Assembly (NCBI GenBank): GCA_963663805.2
Contig: CAXXMR010000009.1
Span: 32,001-96,000 of the forward strand
Origin: Sedimentisphaerales bacterium
GTDB taxonomy: Bacteria; Planctomycetota; Phycisphaerae; Sedimentisphaerales; SM23-30
Direction of reading: 5' to 3'
DNA: 64,000 nt
Part shown: positions 11,582 to 21,283 of the stretch, one piece after another
How positions within the stretch are numbered: position 1 is the first letter of the stretch
Layout of the letters: each line of letters begins with the position of its first letter
Notes under the pieces: model-generated
Databases searched by the model: none
What the model was told of the DNA's origin: nothing
The model's input: only the letters and a program-made list of their open reading frames with translations
Made by a program: the position numbers and the translations under genes

Positions 11582-12628
11582 ATGGACAAGAGAGTATTGA
11601 TGGGATTGTTAATGCTGTTAGCAATGGTATCGGTCAGTTTTGGTGAGCCCAATGAGGTTGTTTTCGAGCTGGACGCAACCCAGCCGGGCAGCTCTTTCTG
11701 GAAACAGTGGGAGCCAACAGTCGGAGCAGGGCTGGGAACCCTGGTCGGGGTAGGGCCTAAAGCGGCTGAATACATCCCCATGCTGATGAGCGAGGATGAT
11801 GGTGCGGGTAACTATGCCTGGTACTACCATTTCGACGCGATTATCGAGACCGAAGGACTCTCCGGCGGTTACGCCAGAGGCTATGCGTTTGAGACTTATG
11901 GCGATATGAAGCTGGACCCGCGCCAGAGCTATACCTTTGAAGCCTGGATTCGCCGCAAAGGTACAGCGGCAATGAGCTGGGCGGAACATATTCTGGGTAA
12001 CTATAATCGCAATGAAGCGAACGGCTGGGGATTCTGGATGTACGGCACGGGGACGGGGCATACCTTCGCACGCCCTTATGCGAGAATGCGTGATAATGCC
12101 GGGACGGACAAGGCTGACCAGAAAATCAGAGGTAACAGCTATAATTTCGGGACCGATCCAACACTGTGGCATCATGTCGTGGTTACCTGGAACGGGATTG
12201 ACCCTGATGGTATCACCGTAGGAAAAGCGGCAACTTATTTTGACGGCGTGAATAATTTTGTTGACCTCGATGGTACGGCAGCGATTCCTTCTTCTTACTG
12301 GGAGTCGGATAATATCGACATCTATGGCGGCGATGAAGTTCGGGTAGGCTCTGCCTACAATAATGCCATGGTGGATGACCAGCTCTGGTTCCGCGGTGAT
12401 ATCGCGGTACTGAGAGTTTATAATGGAGCATTGTCGCAAGGCACGGTTGAAGATTTATACACAGCCGGTATGCCGACAATGACCGAGGCTTCACCGACGG
12501 TTATTTGCACCGGCAATATAGAAGGTGACCTGAGCGGCGACTGCCAGGTTGACCTGGAAGATTTCGCCATGTTTGCAGCGGATTGGATGCTGTGTAATCT
12601 GGACCCGGTAACAGCTTGCTTTAATTAA
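11582..12628 (+). CDS. Secreted LamG/ConA-like jelly-roll protein with C-terminal dockerin-like tag
   Basis: GGAGG RBS, signal peptide, YTFEAWI, WHHVVVTW, FRGDIAVLRVYNGALS, GDLSGDCQVDLEDF. Confidence 0.75.
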   Translation: MDKRVLMGLLMLLAMVSVSFGEPNEVVFELDATQPGSSFWKQWEPTVGAGLGTLVGVGPKAAEYIPMLMSEDDGAGNYAWYYHFDAIIETEGLSGGYARGYAFETYGDMKLDPRQSYTFEAWIRRKGTAAMSWAEHILGNYNRNEANGWGFWMYGTGTGHTFARPYARMRDNAGTDKADQKIRGNSYNFGTDPTLWHHVVVTWNGIDPDGITVGKAATYFDGVNNFVDLDGTAAIPSSYWESDNIDIYGGDEVRVGSAYNNAMVDDQLWFRGDIAVLRVYNGALSQGTVEDLYTAGMPTMTEASPTVICTGNIEGDLSGDCQVDLEDFAMFAADWMLCNLDPVTACFN

Positions 12629-12728
12629 TCGAAGTTGATTTGCAATGTAGGGCCTCTGGAAAATATGTACGGGTTTCCGGAGGCCCATATCAGAGGTCAG
12701 AGTTTTTTTACAGCGTGGTATGGATTAT

Positions 12729-15281
12729 ATGAAGCGTATTTGTGTTTTATTCTTATTGACTGTCATGTCCGGCTGGTGTTTCGCTCAGGCGCCTTTCAAG
12801 GTGCTTTACAGCAATGACACAACGCATATTTGCGGCTGTATCAGTCCTTATCATCAAGCCGGCGAAGCATTCACCGCCGATATGCTGCGGGCCAGCGTGG
12901 ATGAGACAGCGGGCACGGGAGTCGAGGTACACATGCTTCAGCCGGGGCTGGGATGGGTGCCGTGGTGGCAGAGTACGGTTTACCCTGATGCCTATCAATG
13001 GTTCCAGCAGACATATCAGGTCACACCTGACAGCTACGGCCAGTACATGCTCAGCGGCGGGGATATGGTGGCGGTTTTTGTACAGCGGTGTCGGCAGCAG
13101 GGTTTGAGCCCGTTCATATCGTATCGGTTGAACGACGCTCACGGCAAAGAATATGTCGATGACGCGCCAGGGACTGTACCAGGCTGGGCTGGTCATGCCC
13201 TCAGCCGTTTTTATGAGGAGCATCCGGAATATCGTATCGGCAGTGATATTAACGACTGGTACGAGAGAGTGCAGGACTGGTCGATTGCGGCGGTGCGTGA
13301 GCATAAATACGATTTCATTGAGGAAATATGCGTTAATTACGATATTGACGGGCTGGAACTGGATTTTATGCGGATGTGTAGTCTGTTCAACGTTGATAAT
13401 ACCACCAGTACGCAGCGTAAAAATATTATAACGGCTTTTATAGGACAGATTCGTCAACTGCTTGACAATACCAGTGCGACCGGTCAGCACCGGTGGTTGT
13501 GCGTCAGAGTGCCTTGTTATATCGAGGCGTTTGATAATCTGGGTATCAATCTACCGGAGATGGTGACGGCGGGGGTGGATATGGTGAATATTTCATCTTA
13601 CTTTTTCACGGACCAGCAGGCTGATATAGCCGCTATTGTCCAGTCGATTCCCACAACACCGGTGTATCTGGAAATGACCGGATGTATTTTGACCGTTGAC
13701 CAGTTGCCCAACAGCGGCGGCTATGATGATTTCACGTTTAAAAGGACCACAGAAGAACAGTTTTACACTACAGCCCACCTGGCCTATTCCAGCGGCGCTC
13801 AGGGCGTGAGCTTGTTTAATTTCCCCTATTACCGTGAACACGGCACACCGGGCCGTGGACCGTTCAGCGAGCCGCCCTTCCATATTATAGAACATCTGGA
13901 TGACGCAGCATTTCTGGCAGGTCAAAATCAGCATTATATTCTGGCGGGGATATGGGATAGTCCGCGACTGAACGACAGGCAGTTGCCCAAGACGTTCAAT
14001 GCGGGGCAGACAAAAACATTCACAATGGCCATGGCTGCCCCGGCAGGCGGATGGCAGTTGCAGGCCAAACTGCGAATAGAGGGTCGCGAATCAATTAGCG
14101 GCAATACCTGGCAGGTGAAATTTAACGGGAATTTGTTGAACGAAAACTCGGATGTCTCCGAACCGTATTACAATTATTATCCTTCGGCACTGGGTGAACC
14201 GGAACAATATCGGGCCTGGTCGATACCGAAGGAATATTTAGTTACCGGCGACAATACAATCGAAGTCAAGATGCTGTCGGGTAGTTCTGCCGAAATCATC
14301 TTCATTGATGTTGCGGCTGAGGTGGTGGAGGAAAAACTGGCGTTTGAGCTTAACGCGACTGCGCCGGGCGAAGAACCGCTGGAGCAATGGCAGCCGGTGG
14401 TCGGAACGGGCCAAGGTACGCTTATCGCAATCGGACCAGAAGGTCAGAAACCCAAACCAATGTCTGAGCAAGTCGGCGAAGACGAACATATCTGGTATTA
14501 TCATTTCACTAACGAAACGGACGGGACCAACGAAGGTACCTCAGCTGGCTACGCAGCGGGTTATGCGTTTGAACATGACGGCGATATGAAACTGGACCCG
14601 CGTAAAAATTATACGTTTGAAGCATGGATTCGTCGGGATTTACCTTATGCTCAGGGCAACTGGGGCGAGAACATCATCGGTAATTACGGCATGTACACCG
14701 GCTGCGGCTGGGGGTTCCAGACTTACGGCTTGGCAGGTGCCTGGGCCCGTACCGCCGTGCGGATGAGGGATAACGCCGGCTCGGTGGTTTATCATCAGCG
14801 AGGCCGTAGCAACAGTTTCGAATGGGTGGATGAAAGTGCGTGGCATCATATCGTTTTCGTCTGGGACGGCGAAGATACTTCGGGGCTGACGACGGCAAAA
14901 ACATTTCTTGATGGTGTGAATAATTTTGCGGATTGTGAATCGACTACCGCCATCACGGCGGATTACTGGCTGGGTAATGAGGAGATTTTCGGACAAAATG
15001 AAGTGCGGGTCGGGGCGGCGTGGCATAGCTCATATGTAAAAGATAATATGTGGTTCTCCGGCGATATCGCCCAGATCAGAATTTACACTTACTGCCTGAA
15101 CGAGGCCGACATTCTGGCAAACTATCAGGCGGGACCACCGGTCGCCGCGGAAATGTTCGCGACCTGCACCGAAGCCATTGATGCCGATTTTGACGATAAC
15201 TGCCAGGTCGATATTGACGACCTGTATATCATGATAGAACATTGGCTGGAATGTAATCAGGAAAACTATTTCGATAATTAG
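12729..15281 (+). CDS. Secreted GHL10-like TIM-barrel putative glycoside hydrolase plus LamG domain plus dockerin-like tag
   Basis: YDIDGLELDFMR motif; C-terminal third paralogous to 11582..12628. Confidence 0.7.
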   Translation: MKRICVLFLLTVMSGWCFAQAPFKVLYSNDTTHICGCISPYHQAGEAFTADMLRASVDETAGTGVEVHMLQPGLGWVPWWQSTVYPDAYQWFQQTYQVTPDSYGQYMLSGGDMVAVFVQRCRQQGLSPFISYRLNDAHGKEYVDDAPGTVPGWAGHALSRFYEEHPEYRIGSDINDWYERVQDWSIAAVREHKYDFIEEICVNYDIDGLELDFMRMCSLFNVDNTTSTQRKNIITAFIGQIRQLLDNTSATGQHRWLCVRVPCYIEAFDNLGINLPEMVTAGVDMVNISSYFFTDQQADIAAIVQSIPTTPVYLEMTGCILTVDQLPNSGGYDDFTFKRTTEEQFYTTAHLAYSSGAQGVSLFNFPYYREHGTPGRGPFSEPPFHIIEHLDDAAFLAGQNQHYILAGIWDSPRLNDRQLPKTFNAGQTKTFTMAMAAPAGGWQLQAKLRIEGRESISGNTWQVKFNGNLLNENSDVSEPYYNYYPSALGEPEQYRAWSIPKEYLVTGDNTIEVKMLSGSSAEIIFIDVAAEVVEEKLAFELNATAPGEEPLEQWQPVVGTGQGTLIAIGPEGQKPKPMSEQVGEDEHIWYYHFTNETDGTNEGTSAGYAAGYAFEHDGDMKLDPRKNYTFEAWIRRDLPYAQGNWGENIIGNYGMYTGCGWGFQTYGLAGAWARTAVRMRDNAGSVVYHQRGRSNSFEWVDESAWHHIVFVWDGEDTSGLTTAKTFLDGVNNFADCESTTAITADYWLGNEEIFGQNEVRVGAAWHSSYVKDNMWFSGDIAQIRIYTYCLNEADILANYQAGPPVAAEMFATCTEAIDADFDDNCQVDIDDLYIMIEHWLECNQENYFDN

Positions 15282-15290
15282 AAAGGAATC

Positions 15291-16904
15291 GTGTTGATGA
15301 GAGTCAAAGGGATTTATAGGATTATTCTGACGGCGGCATTGGCAGGGACAGGCTGGGCCGGCGACAAGGCACCTTTCAAAGTGCTTTACAGCAATGACAC
15401 CACACACATCGAAAGCTGTGTCGGCCCTTATCATGCCCAAGGTGAGGATTTCACGCCGGAAATGCTCGAAGCCAGTGTCGACGAGACGGCGGGGATTGGC
15501 GTTGATGTCCACATGCTTCAGCCGGGACTGGGCTGGGTACCGTGGTGGAAGAGCGAAGTCTATCCCGACGCTTACAAGTGGTACATGGACACCTTCAAGT
15601 CACCGATAGACGGGTTCGGCAAATACATGCTCGCCGGCGGAGATATGGTGGAAGTATTCGTCAAACGTTGTCGGGAAAAAGGCATTGTGCCATTTATTTC
15701 GTATCGACTCAACGACGGCCACGGCAAGGAATATATCCTTAAAGAGCCCGGCACCCTGCCCAAATGGGGCGGGCACGCTATCAGTAAGTTTTATTGCGAA
15801 CATCCGGAATATCGTATCGGCGACGATATACACAGTTGGAAAAAACGCGTGCATAACTGGGCGATACCGGAGGCGCGGAATCACAAGCTGGCGTTGATCA
15901 AGGAGATTATCGAAAACTATGATATTGACGGGCTGGAGCTGGATTTTCAGCGGCTGTGCAGCTTTTTCGATGTCAACGCGACAACCAGCCAGCAGCGTAA
16001 AGATATTATGGCGGAATTTGTCGCCGAAGTACGCAATTCGCTCGACGAAAATCCCAAAGACGGTCGGCACAAGTGGCTTTGCGTAAGAATATCGACGCAT
16101 ATTGATACTTACGACGCACTGGGTATCGACCTGAAACGTTTTGTTGCGGCGGGAGTGGATATGGTAAACCTGTCGGGCTATTATTTCACCGAACAGCAGA
16201 CAGACCTGGCCGAAGTGGTCAGGACTATTCCCGATACGCCGGTATATCTGGAGTTTACGCATTGCATTATGACTGGCAAGACGCTTATCAAAAACACTTA
16301 TGATAATTTTACGTTCAGACGGTCCACCCCGAACCAGATTTATACCGCCGCCCATATCGCTTACAGCCATGGAGCCGTCGGCGTCAGTGCCTTTAATTTC
16401 ATGTACTACCGCGAACATGGCACACCGGGGCGCGGACCTTTCACCGAACCGCCTTTCTATATATTCAACCACATCGGTGACAAAGATTGGGTCGCCAGAC
16501 AAAGCCAGCATTACATCCTGTGCAAAATCTGGAACGACCCGCCTTCGGAAACGCGACAAATGCCGCAAACCTTCAAAAAGGACCAGAGTCACGAATTTGT
16601 GATGTATATGGCTGAGCCAGCCGGCGGTTGGTTGCGAGACGGTAAGCTGCGTATCGAAAGCGAGAAAGTACTCGCAAACAGCCAATGGAGTGTGAAATTC
16701 AACGGTATCACGCTAAAAAACACCGATGATGTATCCGAACCATACCCCAATCCATATCGCAATCTGCTGGGATTACCTCAGCAGTACCGGGCCTTTGTGC
16801 TGCCCTGCGAGATTGTAAAAAACGGTGATAATACCATTGAAATCACCATGACCGACAGCAGTGATGAACATGATATCAGCTTCATGGACATCGCATTGAA
16901 ATAG
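15291..16904 (+). CDS. Secreted GHL10-like TIM-barrel putative glycoside hydrolase
   Basis: KVLYSNDTTH, YDIDGLELDFQR; close paralog of the upstream gene N-terminal part. Confidence 0.7.
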   Translation: MLMRVKGIYRIILTAALAGTGWAGDKAPFKVLYSNDTTHIESCVGPYHAQGEDFTPEMLEASVDETAGIGVDVHMLQPGLGWVPWWKSEVYPDAYKWYMDTFKSPIDGFGKYMLAGGDMVEVFVKRCREKGIVPFISYRLNDGHGKEYILKEPGTLPKWGGHAISKFYCEHPEYRIGDDIHSWKKRVHNWAIPEARNHKLALIKEIIENYDIDGLELDFQRLCSFFDVNATTSQQRKDIMAEFVAEVRNSLDENPKDGRHKWLCVRISTHIDTYDALGIDLKRFVAAGVDMVNLSGYYFTEQQTDLAEVVRTIPDTPVYLEFTHCIMTGKTLIKNTYDNFTFRRSTPNQIYTAAHIAYSHGAVGVSAFNFMYYREHGTPGRGPFTEPPFYIFNHIGDKDWVARQSQHYILCKIWNDPPSETRQMPQTFKKDQSHEFVMYMAEPAGGWLRDGKLRIESEKVLANSQWSVKFNGITLKNTDDVSEPYPNPYRNLLGLPQQYRAFVLPCEIVKNGDNTIEITMTDSSDEHDISFMDIALK

Positions 16905-16915
16905 GAGAACCATTT

Positions 16916-17713
16916 ATGAAAAATAAAGCATTTACCTTAGTTGAACTATTGGTTGTGGTCGCGATTATCGCACTGCTGGTTTCAATATTGCTGCCGGCCC
17001 TGGGCGAAGCCCGTGAGCAGGCCAAGAAAGTTGTCTGCCTTTCCAATTCACATCAGTGGGCGATTGGTACGCAGGTTTATTGCAATGACAATAAAGACAA
17101 TTTCCCCGCCCGCTTCAATGCTAGCGGAGAGCGTACCCATAACGGTTTGCTATACTATTATGTAAATGAATCACCAACAGCTAATAATGACCCTAAGCAG
17201 CCGCGAATGAATCTGCTGGATATTTTCGTGGAACCTTATCTGGTCGATTACAAAGTTACTTTCTGCCCAGCCAACACTACAGCTCCGCAAACCTGGGATG
17301 AACAGAAAGAATATTGGCTCAGCCAAAATAATCGGGAATATGTACTCGGTGATTACGGGCTCTTCGTTGGCTATGATGTCGTGCTGGATTACGTCGCCTG
17401 GGGACCAGGCCCGGACTTCACACCCAACCCGGCAGATTCAAAACGGGCCTTTGTGCCGCCCTTCAAGTCAAGTACCGCCCCAACTAGAATGGCCGTAGCG
17501 GGCTGCTATGTAAAAAATGACTGGGGAACAGGCGACGGGTGGTACTACTATCACAAATATAACAAAACCGGAACCATCGAGCCGGAAGGTGCCCCCGCGG
17601 CCCGCAACGACGGCAGTGCCTCATTTACGGCATTGGACGATATGGCAATATATCAGCGTTATATCAGCCATCCGCTGAAGATCCAGTTCTGGTGGCCGGA
17701 CCCACGCAAGTGA
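16916..17713 (+). CDS. Prepilin-type N-terminal cleavage/methylation protein (DUF1559-like)
   Basis: KAFTLVELLVVVAIIALLVSILLPALGEAREQA, late H...DG motif. Confidence 0.88.
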   Translation: MKNKAFTLVELLVVVAIIALLVSILLPALGEAREQAKKVVCLSNSHQWAIGTQVYCNDNKDNFPARFNASGERTHNGLLYYYVNESPTANNDPKQPRMNLLDIFVEPYLVDYKVTFCPANTTAPQTWDEQKEYWLSQNNREYVLGDYGLFVGYDVVLDYVAWGPGPDFTPNPADSKRAFVPPFKSSTAPTRMAVAGCYVKNDWGTGDGWYYYHKYNKTGTIEPEGAPAARNDGSASFTALDDMAIYQRYISHPLKIQFWWPDPRK

Positions 17714-17754
17714 TTAATTAGATTTTTATAAGCATTCACAGTTTTTCCTTTAAA

Positions 17755-17842
17755 GACCCGAAGGGGTCGTAAGATCGCATAGTCGGGCGGCGTAAGCCCC
17801 CGGAACACTTGCCAAAGACAACCACAAGCCCCAAAGGGGCGA
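17755..17842. repeat. REP-like palindromic cluster
   Basis: GACCCGAAGGGGTC, GGCGTAAGCC and GCCCCAAAGGGGC hairpins; CCCGAAGGGGTCGTAA recurs near 27913. Confidence 0.6.
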
Positions 17843-17928
17843 AAGAAAATTATCTGTGAATAGTTACTTTAAGTTGTTGCGAGAAGTTTAAAATCACCGC
17901 TTTTGATTGACAAAACCAGGAAGTATTT

Positions 17929-19752
17929 ATGCCCAGAAGTGAGTATCCCAGACCGCAGTTTACCAGAGATGAATGGTTGTGTTTGAACGGACGGTGGAGT
18001 TATGAATTTGACTTCGCCCGGACGGGGCTGGAACGCCAACTGCCCCAAAGCAAGGGGTTCGATAAGGACATTATCGTGCCGTTCTGCCCGGAAAGTTTAC
18101 TTTCCGGCGTGGAATACAAGGACTTCATCGAGGCGATGTGGTATCATCGCAAGATTAACATCCCGCACGAATGGCACGACCGGATGATTTTTCTCAATTT
18201 TGGCGCGGTCGATTTTCACGCCCAGGTATTTATCGATGGCCATTGCGTAGGCACGCATTGGGGCGGAGGCAGTTCGTTTGGTTTTGATATTAGCGATTAT
18301 GTGCAAGCGGGCGGGCAGCATGACCTGGTGGTTTATGTAATCGACGAAACCCGTAACCCCGCTCAGCCCAGCGGCAAACAAAGTCCCCGCTATAACAGTT
18401 ATGAATGTTTCTATTCGCGCGTTACCGGTATCTGGCAAAGCGTCTGGCTGGAACCGATGCACAAACACGCCCTGAAAAGATGCCGCGTTCTAACCGATAT
18501 TGACAATAATCAGATTACTTTCCTGCCCGAATATTATCAGGTCAAAACCGGTTGTCATTTGCAGGTTACGCTTTTGGAAGACGACAAAAAAATTGCCGAG
18601 GGCCAAACGCTTACCGGTCCAGGAACTTCACTGACCCTGAAAATAGACAATCCCCGTTTATGGTCGCCCGACGACGCGTTTCTTTATGAGATTGAATATG
18701 AAGTTATCGACCGACTCGGTAGAGTTGTTGACAAGGTGACCAGTTACACCGGCCTGAGAAAAATCCATATCGAAGATGACCGCATCTACCTGAACAATAA
18801 ACCGCTCTTCCAACGACTCGTACTCGACCAGGGCTACTATCCCGATGGTATCTGGACCGCGCCCAGTGACGATGCCTTAAAACACGATATTCAACTTTCA
18901 CTTGATGCCGGCTTCAATGGTGCCAGGCTCCATCAGAAAGTATTCGAGGAACGTTTCCTTTACTGGGCCGATAGAATGGGCTATCTGGTCTGGGCTGAGT
19001 CCGCCAGTTGGGGCTGCGATACGAATATCCGGGAGTCGAGCTCGAATTTCCTGAGCGAATGGTCAGAAATAGTTATCAGAGACAGAAATCACCCTTCGAT
19101 TATCACCTGGACACCTTTCAACGAAACCTGGGAACGCCGAAAAGATGATGGGGTGCTGCATGACAAAATTCTTATCGCCGCCTACGACCTCACCCACAAG
19201 CTGGACGGAACCCGCCCGGTCAACGACACCAGCGGCCATTTCCACGCTCGTACGGACCTGTGGACCGTTCACATTTACGACCAGCAGCCGGAGGAGTTAC
19301 AAGCCAATCTGCTGGCCGAAGATGGACAGGTATTCTTAAAAAACCCCGAATGGGAAGCCAAAGCCTACAGAAATCAACCATACATCCTGGCCGAGTTTGG
19401 CGGAATCAAATGGTCGCCCACCGATGTAAAAAAAGATGAAAAACGAACCCATTCCTGGGGCTACGGCAATACCCCGGACGACATTGAAGAATTCTACAAA
19501 CGGCTGGAAAGCCTCGTCGATGTCGCGTTGAGCTCGAACAAGCTGGCCGGATATTGCTATACGCAGCTAACCGACGTGGAACAGGAACAAAACGGTATAT
19601 ACCGCTATGACCGGACCGCTAAGTTCGACATGAAGCGAATCAAACGAATCTTCCAGAAATTACCCACCTGGCAGCAGAAAACCTCTGCTATCAACCCAGA
19701 AAAAGATAATATACCAAAGTCCAATAGAAACCTGGAATATCAGCCCAAATAG
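17929..19752 (+). CDS. Glycoside hydrolase family 2 (beta-galactosidase/beta-glucuronidase-like), no signal peptide
   Basis: EYPRPQF, GIWQSVWLE, LDQGYYPDG, NHPSIITWTPFNETW, AEFGG, YTQLTDVEQE. Confidence 0.9.
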   Translation: MPRSEYPRPQFTRDEWLCLNGRWSYEFDFARTGLERQLPQSKGFDKDIIVPFCPESLLSGVEYKDFIEAMWYHRKINIPHEWHDRMIFLNFGAVDFHAQVFIDGHCVGTHWGGGSSFGFDISDYVQAGGQHDLVVYVIDETRNPAQPSGKQSPRYNSYECFYSRVTGIWQSVWLEPMHKHALKRCRVLTDIDNNQITFLPEYYQVKTGCHLQVTLLEDDKKIAEGQTLTGPGTSLTLKIDNPRLWSPDDAFLYEIEYEVIDRLGRVVDKVTSYTGLRKIHIEDDRIYLNNKPLFQRLVLDQGYYPDGIWTAPSDDALKHDIQLSLDAGFNGARLHQKVFEERFLYWADRMGYLVWAESASWGCDTNIRESSSNFLSEWSEIVIRDRNHPSIITWTPFNETWERRKDDGVLHDKILIAAYDLTHKLDGTRPVNDTSGHFHARTDLWTVHIYDQQPEELQANLLAEDGQVFLKNPEWEAKAYRNQPYILAEFGGIKWSPTDVKKDEKRTHSWGYGNTPDDIEEFYKRLESLVDVALSSNKLAGYCYTQLTDVEQEQNGIYRYDRTAKFDMKRIKRIFQKLPTWQQKTSAINPEKDNIPKSNRNLEYQPK

Positions 19753-19958
19753 CAGTTTTCATACAGAAAATGTTAATCTGGGAAATCTTTTCCGGTTATT
19801 CCGGTAAAGGCTCAAAAAACTTTTACACAAAACCCGTTAAATATTCCTCAGAGTAGATTTTTAACGGGTTTTGTGGTATCATTACAGCTCGGTGAGGCCG
19901 AAATCTCAGCGGGTTGTCAACGCTGGGCGGCTTTTTGGAGTATAACCGGAGAAGAAGT

Positions 19959-20870
19959 ATGTCTACGAAGCTGTTTTTGGGGGTGATGGTCTGTGCCTTG
20001 ATTTTTGCGAGTTTTTCTTTTGGGCTGAGTATCCAGCAGGTTGACCCATCTGGTGTTAAGGTCAGCGGTTCGGGAACGTTATCAGATAGTTCCGGCACCG
20101 CCGGGCCGGTAAATCGCCTGGTAACTGACCCCAATGACGCCTATTTCTATGTCAACGGCTATCAAGACTTCCACACCCCCGGCTACATCACCAAATGTGA
20201 CTTTGACAGTTCCATGCACTTCGGCGGCGGTGAAGCCTGGGACGACTCCAGTTCTTTCTTCGCGGATTTCATGGCTTCTACCGGTATTAGCTATGACAGC
20301 ACAGACCTCAGCTCTCAAGGTCAGGTCTGGGCAGAAGCGGAAACCATAAATGACGGCATAACTCACGGCTGCTATATGCAAATTGTCCCCAGCCAGCCCG
20401 GCGAACAAATCGGCGACCTGGTTTATATTGAAATGGGATTGATAATCACCACTACGATTACCGCTGACAATGGCCAGGTTATCATATCGGGCAGTAACGG
20501 CATGGATCATCTGGCAATCACGCTGAATCAACCAACTCCCACCTGGCCGGGCAACCCAGACCCCATCCGCGAAATATGCACTGTACCTGCCCAGACCATC
20601 ACAACAACTATTGAATTTGGCGAAATGGTCTATCCGGTTTCGGTTCAGGCCCATATCGGCGATGTGATCGGAGTGTACGGCTACCTCAAAAGCTCTCTGA
20701 ATGAAACCGGAAACGGCTACTATCAGGCTTATGGCAGTATCAACCTTCACATTAACGGCAGACTCGATACCAACGACATGGACTTCAATAACGATGGTTA
20801 TGTCGACCTGATTGACTTTGCCACCTTCGCCAATGAATGGATGTGGGTTCGCGGCGGCAGATTGTTCTAA
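19959..20870 (+). CDS. Secreted hypothetical protein with C-terminal dockerin-like tag
   Basis: Signal peptide; DFNNDGYVDLIDFATFANEWM. Confidence 0.7.
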   Translation: MSTKLFLGVMVCALIFASFSFGLSIQQVDPSGVKVSGSGTLSDSSGTAGPVNRLVTDPNDAYFYVNGYQDFHTPGYITKCDFDSSMHFGGGEAWDDSSSFFADFMASTGISYDSTDLSSQGQVWAEAETINDGITHGCYMQIVPSQPGEQIGDLVYIEMGLIITTTITADNGQVIISGSNGMDHLAITLNQPTPTWPGNPDPIREICTVPAQTITTTIEFGEMVYPVSVQAHIGDVIGVYGYLKSSLNETGNGYYQAYGSINLHINGRLDTNDMDFNNDGYVDLIDFATFANEWMWVRGGRLF

Positions 20871-20912
20871 AAATCACTATCAGCCCCGGAGCGGGTGAAA
20901 TATAAACATTTT

Positions 20913-20950
20913 AGCGGCATTGGTAGAACTTTTACCAATGCCGCTTTTTT
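20913..20950 (+). terminator. Rho-independent terminator
   Basis: AGCGGCATTGGTA / TACCAATGCCGCT stem followed by T-run. Confidence 0.85.
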
Positions 20951-21069
20951 ATCTAATTCTCACAGACAGAGCCGGTGGATTAACTGGAATTTAACCAAAA
21001 TCCCTCAAAAACACGGATTCCCTTGGAAAATCAGACATTTCCATACAGAAACAAGGGATAATGATTTTG

Positions 21070-21182
21070 TTGACACCGGCCTGGGAATCCCGTAGCCTAT
21101 CGATACATTCACAGCCCAGACGGCAAGAGATATTAGAGAGCCGGGCAAACAGTTCTAATAGAGGTGCTGTTTGTTCGTTTTT
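21070..21182 (+). promoter_or_regulatory. Sigma-70 promoter followed by leader terminator (putative attenuator or sRNA)
   Basis: TTGACA-N17-TAGCCT, then 12-bp stem 21142-21153/21166-21177 plus T5. Confidence 0.55.
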
Positions 21183-21283
21183 ATATATCGAGTTTCATCC
21201 CCACTTTTAAGCTGAAGCTCAACTTTTGTAAAACTCCGGCTTAATATATTTATTTCGGTCCTCCGGCAAAAAGGAAGTATGCG

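Noticed and set aside
15600..16685. Long antisense or alternative-frame ORFs (for example 15600..16685, 40660..41646, 46314..47174, 11618..12439)
   Set aside because: They are shadows of well-supported genes on the opposite strand and have no recognisable motifs.
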